A DNA stretch of 64,000 nucleotides, taken from NCBI GenBank assembly GCA_000002445.1, contig CH464491.1, positions 448,001 through 512,000 of the forward strand, written 5' to 3'. This DNA is from Trypanosoma brucei. Taxonomy: Eukaryota. The notes below the pieces were generated by a model that saw only the letters and a program-made list of their open reading frames with translations, was not told the origin of the DNA and did no database searches. Every line of letters starts with the position of its first letter. Position 1 is the first letter of the stretch. Below are positions 1-10,270 of this stretch, one piece after another. Both the position numbers and the translations under genes were made by a program.

Positions 1-3000
1 AATGGAAATTTGTATTTTAGTTGTAAGAGTAATGATTATTATATTGCGCTCATTCATGTTACAACTATACCAAATGGACATCTTGTTATTTTGTACTTCA
101 TTCTAACTTTATAACGACATACTCTCACACACATATATTGAATAAATTATTTTGATTATCATTTACTGACAGAAATAACAAAGAAACTTTATTATAAATT
201 ATATCAGAGCGGCATCTTGAGCACCAAGTTATTACAAGGGAAATTATTTTACAACACATTACGTTTCTTGTAAATCTTTTTTTTATACTTGATACAGACA
301 GACATATATTCTCAAGCAGTTCAACGAAATTACACTGCTTCATTAAAATATTTTAACTTATTGTATTTGTTTTGTAATAACATAATTTATCCTATTACAT
401 TTCCTTTCGGAGCTATTTGAACTAACCGTTTATGAAGATGTCATACATTCTGAAGCCTCTTGTACACAAGAATGAAGTGGCGCTGTTCCAATAGAAAATC
501 TTACTTCCCTATCTGGCCTTTGTTTTGTAACGTAACGTTGGCTTGTAATATTTTATGCCCCAAGATGTAACGAACCGAGAAGAAATTTCGTTTGTTTTAC
601 AGACGCCTCCAAATAACCGCAACTGTATGTTTGTTATTTTCTGGATTGTTGAGTCGTCCCCTGCTCTTTTTGCAACATTGAAACCCATTACTTTTCTTCA
701 CTAGTGCGGAATATATTCTATGTTGATGTTTTGTTGTTACTTGGTGATATTTGCGTACCCTACTACTGTAAGATAGCGAAGTAGAAGAACTACATTTCTA
801 AGGGTCGGAGGTTTCTGTTCCTACAGAAGTAAAAGAGTGTTGTGTTTCAAGGGATGCGTGCGCGGTGTGGCAATGTTGTTGAGCAGCGATACTGTCTTGA
901 ACCCATGAAACCAAAAGGTGGAGAATATTTGGCCCCTCAAGGGTAATTATCATAGCATTCCGTGTGTTATTTTTTATAATGGAACTGAAGTGAGCCAGGT
1001 GGGTTTTTTAAATCTTCATACATGAACAGTGGTGTCAATTACCTCCTAGTGCATGCATGATACCGTCTTTCATATATGGATATTGAACCTACCAAACACC
1101 CAATGAATACGACCTTACGCCGTGCGTCACTTGTCTTCAATATTTTGAATGTTGTGTTCACTTAACTTTTCTCACCCTCAATAGTGTTGGAGGTGTGGAT
1201 AAGACTCAGAAAACGCGATACAGTTACGCTACAGAACAATGAAGTAGAGGGTAACGTGCTGATGGCAAAATTTTTACTTTCAATGCCTTTGCGGCCGGCG
1301 TCCTTTCCTCCTCGGTGAAACTCACGATTTTCCTTTCAACATCCCTGCGTTAGATGCATGGCACGCGAAAACATAACCATACCCACATGCAACCGTGTGC
1401 ATTAGGAGTGTGCATAACCGGGATGTTGGGAAAGAGCCCCCGATGCGACGCCGTATCATTTATGACTATGCCGGTGGTCGAAAACAGGGAACTTCCTCGT
1501 TCTCATTGGGCCCACCCATTCATAAGGTCTGGCGGTCGGGGATGGCCTTAATGCGACAGGTACACGTACGGCGACGCTGGAGACGGCTGCATTGTCAACG
1601 GGTAAGCCAAGTTCCTCTATGCGTCCTAATCTTTAGAGTTTTTGGCAGTCGGTTGGTTGAGAGCTCCTGTTTTGAAGAAAAGTAGCCATACCATCTGTTC
1701 TCTGAAGTGCTAAGGGTATCGCGTTTTCTTCCCGAACTCGAAGACGCACTACTTTGGGGATATATAGACTGGCTGTCATTCAGTGCGGATGTTGAGCACA
1801 ACCAAGGGTCCAAATTTTCACAGATGTTAATGAGGTGCCGGGGATCTTTCCCAGTCGAAAAGGCTCGAAATGATCGAGCATTCATGTGACTTCGAAGTCG
1901 ACTTCCACCTTCCGTAAACACAACCACGTACCGGAGTGGGCGAACACATACATTTCATGACGCCCTCGTGTTGGAATAGTATGGTTTCCCATAGGAGAAT
2001 GAACGTCCATACAGATCAGGAATAACAATGGTGCAATACAAAGTCAAAATCCTGTGGTGACCCCTCGGAGTATCAGTCACGTTTTCGCTTACAAAGAAGG
2101 TGCAAACTACGCTCGTGTGTATGCGGTCCCTGGGCCTATTCGCAGCAGTTATGTGTTGCAATCTCACTGCGGGGTCCAATGCGTATTTTAAAGGGCCAAT
2201 TAGAAAAACTTATACGTGGACTTACACAACTAATCCTTTGTCAGTTGATCCAGGTAAACTTTATCAGCAACAGGGTCATGCGGCTGTTCTTTATGGAATG
2301 TAATGGTGGGAAATAGGGGTGAGACCGTGAGGATATTTCGAAACTGCAAATCGTTAGTGAAACAGAAGGGAAAGGGAAAACATTACAGAATAAACTGGTA
2401 AGAACTGATACTCTAAATAAAGGTTGAGAGGGATCTCGCAGAACTGAGTGCAGTTTTGAGCGGTGATTGACAAAAGGCTGTCTCATTAGTTGATTGAGGA
2501 AGAAACTTACGTACCTGGTCCAGTGTGTCGCTTCCTTCTCTTCACTCTAACGGCAACATTGCATTAACTGAATTCTGCAGCTGTTGAGGGGGATGGGCAC
2601 GCAAAAGTACCTTATGTGTTTGGAGGCGCGGGCAAAACCAGGAAAAAGTAGTTCTCGTCACCCTGGTGAGTTTCACCCTCTTCCGTGCAGGTTTGTCTTT
2701 TAGCGTTTTCGGTACCGTTTTCAACATTGCTGTTGGCGCTGCTTCCACGCGGCAACTGCATCCCAATATTCAGATGTCCCTTTAATCCTGTATTTTTCCA
2801 TGTTGCCGATGATTATCGTTTCTGTGCCCGATGAAGCGTCTAAACTCACCAGTTCATTTGTTGAAACTTTTCACTCCTTCTTATTGAATATCCCTATTTT
2901 TTGCGGCGTATGAGAGCCCTCCCCCATTCGTCTTTTGCGTTTGCTTTTATACCCACCCACGGAAAGCAAATTTATTTTCTCCTCGGAATCAACATCCAAG

Positions 3001-4736
3001 GAGCTTTAAGTGTGGAGTGCACCCTGATTTTCGCCTTCGGAGCACCAGACCTCCACTGTATTCAGCCATTCAGGTATTGGATGACTTCTAGGATATTGCC
3101 GGTTTATTATGTCTGAAAAGCATCCTTTTTGGCACTTGACGTGAGGCGGTATTCCACAGCCCACTTTTTTGGTCTTTTCAAACAAATATCAGTCGTGCTT
3201 ATTTGAGCATATCTTGTTTGTTTGCGTGCGACGAAATCTCAGCAATCGTGTATGCCGACTGAGCTTCCTTGCTTTTCGCTTTCTCCCCGCTTGAAATGGA
3301 AACGGAGAACCGTAGAAATAATACCATAGTCCATCTTTGCTTAGATGGGTCGAGAGTGGAAAGCTGTCGGTGTTTCTTGGGAGTTTTGCTCAGGTGATAG
3401 CACAACTCTTGGCTTTATGAATCTTGTCGTCGCTGCCGCCGCCATTTGCCACACATAGATTGGTACCCCTTCGGTTGCCACAATGCGGCGCCAAACAGAT
3501 TTGGCGTATTGGCATCGCTCACCATTTTTCCACGACTCGTGAAAGCGCATGGCTCTCGAGTGCTCGGTCCAAGTGATTTGTACTCCACCTCCGCCGGCAC
3601 TTCCGTAAAGTGTCCCGTTTATCGCTCGGTCACAAATTACAGAACCTGCTATAACTTACCTCTAAATTCTCCTCGTCCGAATTGAGTCACTGTGAGTTCC
3701 ATTTCGTAACTGAATAAACTGTGCGCGAGTCCAGGGATCACGTTCAGTTCTTTGCCCGGTCGTCCCATCATTATGAGCCCGGACCCGACACAGACGTATG
3801 AGGAACAGTGCATGTCGACTCTACACTCCCCGATAAAGTGTTGTTTACTCCGTTTTGTTTTTGAGGGGGCTGTGAGAAGAACTGCCAAGCCCATACCCAT
3901 TGCCAAGTAATGTACAAAACTCATCGATCCCCATTTTCATACCACGGTTAAGAGAAGCGTCGCAAAGAGTGAGTTTTTGAAACGCCCACCGAACCCAACC
4001 GTCACCGCCTCCGCGCGGGAGGCAGGTTAAGGGCACTTCCACCACCTTCTTTACCGCCAGTAAATTAACTTCCATACAATTGAGGACTCGCACACTACAG
4101 AAATCCCCCTCCCAAGCAATTTTAACGGCCGGCGTTGTAGGCACAACAAAGGTTAAAATATTACTCCTCCTGCTCGTTTTCTCTTCATTCAACACAAAAA
4201 AGGCAATGTATGGACTGTTCTGCCCGTTTTTTTTTTTTTGAGAGAGAGGGATAGTGAGGCTTCTGCAGCGGTAAAATTGCGAGTCAAGTGTTACCACGCT
4301 GTGGGAGGACACGACGTATAATGAAGGAAACTTTTTTTTTGCTTGCGGGCGGTTTAAAGGGATATGCGTTTAAACCATTATATCTTGAGTGGGTGGCGCC
4401 CGAAAAAGATCGCGAAGCAGGCATGAAGCTTGCGAAACTTCTTGGGGCTCAAAGGACCAACGACACGGTGAACTTGACAAAATTTGAGGGATGTAGAAGC
4501 TACATGTTGAGGAGAGCACAATGCATTAGCACGGTTCCCTAGGGCACTGGCTTTATGGAAACGGTGGTAAGATACCCGCTGGGGAGGCGAGCCAAACGTG
4601 CATTCATTTGGTGTATGGACTGCTAATAAACAAATGTAACAGGCGGAAGTCGGAGTTGTCGCACGCGGTGAGGCACCCCGTTGAGACGGAAGTATGGACC
4701 GAAACAACCCTCACATATAAAATGAAGCGTTCGCGT

Positions 4737-4751
4737 CACCCCCCCCCCCCC
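4737..4751. repeat. Homopolymer C15 tract. A (TG)9 tract follows at about 4829-4846.
   Basis: Seen in the sequence. Both are low-complexity tracts in the gene-free left region. Confidence 0.9.
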
Positions 4752-5660
4752 AGCGGCAGACATTGGCATATATGCGTTCGCGCTTGCACTTCATGTCAAT
4801 TTCGCCACTGAAAGGAGCACTCCATCCTGCGTGTGTGTGTGTGTGTGCTTGCCTGTGCATCTTTTTTCGAACGCCGTTGTTTTTATGTACGAAACGGAGG
4901 GCGGGGAGGGAGGGGAATCCCAGGTGGAAGTTATATTTCATGGCAGGGGAATATTGCTGACAGAATACTGTTACCAGTGCCCCGGCTGGTGGGGTTCGCC
5001 AACACGAAAGGACAATAGTGAAAAAAAATAAGGACTGGGGGAATAAAAATTTACAGAAGTTACACAGTTAAAAACACCATGAGCAATCGACGATTTCCAG
5101 ACCCTCTAGCACCACGATTCGGAGGTATTATTACACATTCCAGAATTTGTAGAGGTTCAAATTCAAGTTCCACGGTTCCAGTAATCCATCAGCCCTCACA
5201 AAACGTGTAAAGAAGCGCCAAGTTACTTCATGAGTCTCATCCGACCCATCTCATTCACGCTTTTCAAATACATACACTACAAAAAATCTACTCCCTCCGG
5301 TCTCCACAGGACGCACAAATTTGTCAGCGTGAACCCTGGTCCATGACGTAGAAAGTGTCTTGCGCCACCCGAAATACGTGGCTGAAGGATTTCGCGGGAC
5401 GGATACAAACCCCGCTGGGTAAAAGTGTGTGGGAGTTATCGTGCCTTCCGGGACCTATCTCCACAGCACATGTTTTCACCTCAGGGCAAAACGCATGTGG
5501 CCGCCTCATGCGAAATGGCATATCGGGAACACACCGCACACAGCACATCGGATACTAGCACCTACTCGACTACAAACAAGTAGAAAACGCACATGCATAG
5601 TACATTACGCCCCAGCAACGGGGGTCCTCCCCATTGATGGACGTGATGCGTGCCGAAGAA

Positions 5661-5728
5661 CGTGGACTGTAATTTTACCCGAGGTGTAAGCGCGATGAAT
5701 CACACCTCGGGTAAAATTACAGTCCACG
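5661..5728. repeat. Perfect 27-bp inverted repeat: arms 5661-5687 and 5702-5728 with a 14-nt loop. It forms a potential long hairpin about 100 bp downstream of the last minus-strand gene.
   Basis: Read directly: cgtggactgtaattttacccgaggtgt ... acacctcgggtaaaattacagtccacg, which are exact reverse complements. Confidence 0.9.
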
Positions 5729-5822
5729 AGCCTCGTCCACACGACCGGATGGGCAACTGCGTTGGAAACTACTTATGAAACAGAGTTAATAGTTTCTTTT
5801 GTTTAGAGGCGGGGGTCACACG

Positions 5823-6995
5823 CTATTTTCTCAGTGGTCGAATAAGCCATCTAGGGTCTGAAATGTCCGAGAGAGGGCACACACCACTAAGTTTCATATA
5901 CCGGCGTGCGCCCCACACAGTGTGGACTTCTACAGAGCTATTCTCCAATAGACGTCTGTAGGCATTTTTCTGTTGGAAGGAAGAATCTCGAAGGGCTCTA
6001 AACCAACTTGTTTGGTTGAGATATTTGGGCATCAGGTTCCTCCACGCACTAATTGAGGTTGGGAAGTGCAAAACCACGCCACTTTCGACCGAAACACTGT
6101 GGGGATAATGAAAAAAACGCGTCTCGTAATCGAGGGATATAATTCCCCTTCGCAGCAGTAATTTTGGCTTCACATGCTTCGGCCTACTGACGCTCCATGT
6201 CAACACTATAGTCCACATAGTTTGATCACATAGCCAAATAAGGCTCTGGCGTCTCAAATTAAAGAAAACTTTCAAAGCCTCTTTTAGCGCCCACACTCTG
6301 GCTATCACGCCTCCGCCATTAAGATACGACCTTCCCGATTCATTTACCCTTAAAATATTTTCAACTCCCACACCCCTTGTTGCATCCATTGCGTCATCAA
6401 ACAACTTCTTACAGTTTTGAAACTCCGACCTCCCCTCCGGCTTCACCATGATATTCAGCTGAGGAGTAGCGCAACCCTTCTCAGCGGTAAACAACATTGG
6501 AGGTGTCATTTCTCCTCTTAAAATAGCCGTCTCGTTGAACGCTTCAGGGATTTTTGGTGTAGTGTCGAGGAAATGCTTCACTGCCTCCTCCCTAACACCT
6601 GCATCGGTGAAATAGGTATCTCCCCCATCGAACAACATAATCACATCACTTTCGCGCATCTTCTCACGCACCATGTAACTATAAATCCAGTCCCACCTCT
6701 TCACATGCCCATACCAGCCTCCCATGCCCAGTGTCGCAACCGATGCATTAGTGAGTATAGAACTTACAATCATCCTGCACCACCCCGGAGAGTACCTCGT
6801 GTGCACCACAGCATAATACACCCTCGGCGTATAATTTCTACCACTGTCTTTCTTTCTTAACAACGTCCCTGTTTCCTTGTTCCTCACGCTCATTTCTCCC
6901 AAAAACCAGAGCACAGTTAGCAGCATCACCCCCACCATCGCGGCATATAGTCTTCCCCTTGTGCCCCCATAAATTGCCCTAGCCCCTTTCAACAT
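5823..6995 (-). CDS. Type-II membrane protein, tandem paralog 1 of 2, with a DGGDT (DxD-like) motif. Possibly a Golgi glycosyltransferase-like protein. The ORF could extend to 7010 if the first ATG is used.
   Basis: ORF of 395 aa with an N-terminal hydrophobic anchor (VMLLTVLWFL). It is about 75% identical to the adjacent paralog and shares the motifs WCRMIVSSILTN, GMGGWYGHV, FDGGDT and KHFLDTTPKIPEAFNETAILRGEMTPPML. The glycosyltransferase assignment is inference only. Confidence 0.6.
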   Translation of the reverse strand: MLKGARAIYGGTRGRLYAAMVGVMLLTVLWFLGEMSVRNKETGTLLRKKDSGRNYTPRVYYAVVHTRYSPGWCRMIVSSILTNASVATLGMGGWYGHVKRWDWIYSYMVREKMRESDVIMLFDGGDTYFTDAGVREEAVKHFLDTTPKIPEAFNETAILRGEMTPPMLFTAEKGCATPQLNIMVKPEGRSEFQNCKKLFDDAMDATRGVGVENILRVNESGRSYLNGGGVIARVWALKEALKVFFNLRRQSLIWLCDQTMWTIVLTWSVSRPKHVKPKLLLRRGIISLDYETRFFHYPHSVSVESGVVLHFPTSISAWRNLMPKYLNQTSWFRALRDSSFQQKNAYRRLLENSSVEVHTVWGARRYMKLSGVCPLSDISDPRWLIRPLRK

Positions 6996-7128
6996 ATAAA
7001 AACTTCGCAAAAAAAAAATGGATTTACTTGGAGAAGGGTGATGCTTTTCCCCTCAACTCGGACACAGTGCGGATGCGTTTTTTTTTTTTTTAACTCTGGC
7101 GAACGGTTCGTAAAAATTCCGTGCGATG

Positions 7129-8292
7129 TTACTTTTTCAACTGCCCACTGAGCCAACTGGGGTCGGAGATGTTAGATATGGGGCATACGGTACTTAACTT
7201 AGCGTCTTTGCGGGAACCCCAGAAAGTGTACATCTCCACAGTGGAATTTTTCAGCAAACGAATGGAGGCCTCCCGCTTGGGGGAAGAATTGCTCAGTGCT
7301 CTATACCAATTTATCTCACTCAGATACTGTGGCAATGTACGCTTCCACACGTGAACTGGTCCCGCAAAATGCAGTATCATTCCACTCATAACCATCGTCT
7401 TGGATGGATAAAGGAAGTAACGCGTCTCATAGTCAAGAGATATTAGCCCCCTTCTCACCAACAGCGCTGGCTTTATATTCTCCGGCCTGGTGATACTCCA
7501 TATTAGCAAGAGTGCCCACATTGACTGGTCGCAACCCCAAACAAACTTTTTTTTTCTGAGGTTAAAGAATGCCTTCAGAGCCTCTTCTAGTGCCCACACC
7601 CTGGCAATTATTCCTCCCCCGTTGAGATACGATCTTCCCGATTCATTCGCCCTTAAAATAGAACGCAACCCTGTGCGATTGGAAACTACGAACGCCTCGT
7701 TGTACAGTTTACTGCACTGATGAGCGCGCTCGCTCTTAGGTGTCTTTACCATGAAATGACTTTGAGGGGTGAAACAGAAATTTTCGGCGGCCATCAACAT
7801 TGGAGGTGTCATTTCCCCTCTTAAAATAGCCGTCTCGTTAAACGCTTCAGGGATTTTTGGTGTAGTGTCGAGGAAATGCTTCACTGCCTCCTCCCTTACA
7901 TCCTCCCCTGTGAAGACCGTATCGCCCCCATCAAATATCACAATCACGTCACCCTCACTCATCTTCTTCTGCCGTAGGTACCGGTACAACCACAACCACC
8001 TGCTCACATGCCCATACCAGCCTCCCATGCCCACTGTGGCAACGCTCACATTAGTGAGTATCGAACTTACAATCATCCTGCACCACCCCGGCGCGTACCT
8101 CGTTTCTGCAACAAGAAAAAACACCCTTGGTATGTGATTACCGTAACTTCCATCCTTCTTCCCCTCCACGCTAGTTTCCCCACTCCCTACATTTCTTAAC
8201 CCCAACCACCAAAAAAATAACATCAGCACCAACCCCATAACATACAACCTGCCCCTTGAATCCCCATAGAATTCCCTAACACCTTTCAGCAT
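7129..8292 (-). CDS. Type-II membrane protein, tandem paralog 2 of 2. Same family as 5823-6995.
   Basis: ORF of 387 aa with a signal-anchor (LVLMLFFWWLG), colinear with paralog 1. Central blocks are near-identical at nucleotide level, for example 6490-6590 versus 7800-7900. Confidence 0.6.
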   Translation of the reverse strand: MLKGVREFYGDSRGRLYVMGLVLMLFFWWLGLRNVGSGETSVEGKKDGSYGNHIPRVFFLVAETRYAPGWCRMIVSSILTNVSVATVGMGGWYGHVSRWLWLYRYLRQKKMSEGDVIVIFDGGDTVFTGEDVREEAVKHFLDTTPKIPEAFNETAILRGEMTPPMLMAAENFCFTPQSHFMVKTPKSERAHQCSKLYNEAFVVSNRTGLRSILRANESGRSYLNGGGIIARVWALEEALKAFFNLRKKKFVWGCDQSMWALLLIWSITRPENIKPALLVRRGLISLDYETRYFLYPSKTMVMSGMILHFAGPVHVWKRTLPQYLSEINWYRALSNSSPKREASIRLLKNSTVEMYTFWGSRKDAKLSTVCPISNISDPSWLSGQLKK

Positions 8293-9611
8293 ACAAACAG
8301 ATGTCTCTAAGAAATAAAAGGGTACGCACCCAGTGAGTGGACAACTACACGTTAAATCAAGGGAAACGAATAGTTAATGTTAAACATTAGTTTCCCAACA
8401 GTTAAGGCATGTAAATCCGGCACACCACAACACCAAAAACACATAAATATGTGCAACACCGATTATCTCGGGATGCTGATGCTCCCACTCGCCTACATAT
8501 GAAGGCAGTGGGTCTCAATGCATACCTCGTTAAATGTGAACCCAACGATAACGATATTCTGTGGGACAGATTCAAATAGATGAGACAACAGAGTAGTGTG
8601 CAGGCATTCAATACGTACAACAGTCAGACCTGTTGAGTTTGATTTAGTATTCAATAAGCGCGCTCATAAAGTAAGGCATATTGACCTTCACGTACACATA
8701 ATCGTTGTTTCCATCACACTGCCGCGTCTGTTGTGCATTCCCCCCATTTTCTTATCCACCTTCCCACCCAGATACCACAAACAAACCGCATGATCTCTCT
8801 TACACTTTCGAGCCAATACCGTCACCGAAAGTATACTGACAGGCAGCCAGACAGGGTAAGATTTGGTTCTAATGACATAATGCTGCGTAGAGCAAAGGTA
8901 GTGGGGGGGGGGAAAAAAAAGGATGTGGAGAGGGATGGAGGAAGGAAGGGAACGAGCTGCATAGCAGGCCATTGCTCAGCCGAAAGGTGATTTTTGATGT
9001 TCCGTTATCAATGCATCGCTCAAACTGTTTGGACCTCGAACAACAATTATGCATCACAGCATCAGTGGCCAAAAAGAAAACTAGTAGCACACATATACAC
9101 ACACACGAACATAAACATAAACATAAACATAAACAGGGATGAATGACCTATGAGGAAGAGGGTGGATAAAAACAAAATAATAAGGATGGATGATACTCGA
9201 TTCAGTGTGAGCTGAGTTAAAAATTATGTCTTCAAAATGGCTCTACTGCCGTCAGGCTGACAGGAAACTATTGACTGTCATCATTAGAGGGGAAGATAAT
9301 GCATTTGAGTGCCAAAACTACAAATGGCTCTCGCGCAACAGGACAGGGGCCACATCCCCACGGCATTAAATGGTTGCCACTGGCCCAAGGGATGCTGCGC
9401 TGTATTGTTTCAACAGCACATAAGCAAAAACACATAAATATGTGCAACACCGATTATCTCGGGATGCTGATGCTCCCACTCGCCTACATATGAAGGCAGT
9501 GGGTCTCAATGCATACCTCGTTAAATGTGAACCCAACGATAACGATATTCTGTGGGACAGATTCAAGTAGATGAGACAACAGAGTAGTGTGCAGGCATTC
9601 GATACGTACAA

Positions 9612-9712
9612 CAGTCAGACCTGTTGAGTTTGATTTAGTATTCAATAAGCGCGCTCATAAAGTAAGGCATATTGACCTTCACGTACACATAATCGTTGTT
9701 TCCATCACACTG
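9612..9712 (-). ncRNA. Candidate C/D-box snoRNA, candidate 1 of the repeat unit. Coordinates are for copy 2. It recurs at the same offset in each copy.
   Basis: Minus-strand reading: CAGU-GUGAUGG (C-box-like) ... about 90 nt ... GGUCUGA (D box) - ACUG. The flanking 4-bp CAGU/ACUG inverted segments could form the terminal stem. No covariance search was run. Confidence 0.3.
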
Positions 9713-9956
9713 CCGCGTCTGTTGTGCATTCCCCCCATTTTCTTATCCACCTTCCCACCCAGATACCACAAACAAACCGCACGATCTCTCTTACACTTTC
9801 GAGCCAATACCGTCACCGAAAGTATACTGACAGACAGCCAGACAGGGTAAGATTTGGTTCTAATGACATAATGCTGCGTAGAGCAAAGGTAGTGGGGGGG
9901 GGAAAAAAAAGGATGTGGAGAGGGATGGAGGAAGGAAGGGAACGAGCTGCATAGCA

Positions 9957-10060
9957 GGCCATTGCTCAGCCGAAAGGTGATTTTTGATGTTCCGTTATCA
10001 ATGCATCGCTCAAACTGTTTGGACCTCGAACAACAATTATGCATCACAGCATCAGTGGCC
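9957..10060 (-). ncRNA. Candidate C/D-box snoRNA, candidate 2. Coordinates are for copy 2.
   Basis: Minus-strand reading: GGCCA-CUGAUGCUGUGAUGCA ... GGCUGAGCAAUGGCC. GGCCA and UGGCC are a perfect 5-bp terminal stem. UGAUGC and GUGAUGC are C-box-like, with CUGA near the 3' end. Length is about 104 nt. Confidence 0.3.
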
Positions 10061-10193
10061 AAAAAGAAAACTAGTAGCACACATATACACACACACGAAC
10101 ATAAACATAAACATAAACAGGGATGAATGACCTATGAGGAAGAGGGTGGATAAAAACAAAATAATAAGGATGGATGATACTCGATTCAGTGTG

Positions 10194-10270
10194 AGCTGAG
10201 TTAAAAATTATGTCTTCAAAATGGCTCTACTGCCGTCAGGCTGACAGGAAACTATTGACTGTCATCATTA
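10194..10270 (-). ncRNA. Candidate C/D-box snoRNA, candidate 3. This is the most canonical of the three. Coordinates are for copy 2.
   Basis: Minus-strand reading: UAAUGAUGAC (exact C box AUGAUGA) ... CCUGUCAGCCUGACGG (CUGA, the D' box) ... UUUGAAGACA (C'-like UGAAGA) ... CACACUGAAU (D box CUGA). It is about 85 nt long, with box spacing typical of C/D snoRNAs. Confidence 0.4.

Noticed and set aside
3845-4312. 155-aa minus-strand ORF in the gene-free left region.
   Set aside because: It has no domain signal, and its composition is not distinguishable from random ORFs in this GC range. Kept only as a remote possibility.
5100-5160. GGTTCAAATTC string resembling a tRNA T-loop.
   Set aside because: The flanking bases cannot form a T-stem, for example GAGG versus TCAAG. 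No acceptor or D-arm partners were found by eye, so it is not a tRNA.
9461-9480. Plus-strand CUGAUGC C-box-like string in the repeat unit.
   Set aside because: The plus strand is antisense to the surrounding transcription unit. The better-formed C/D candidates are on the minus strand, so this was not called.
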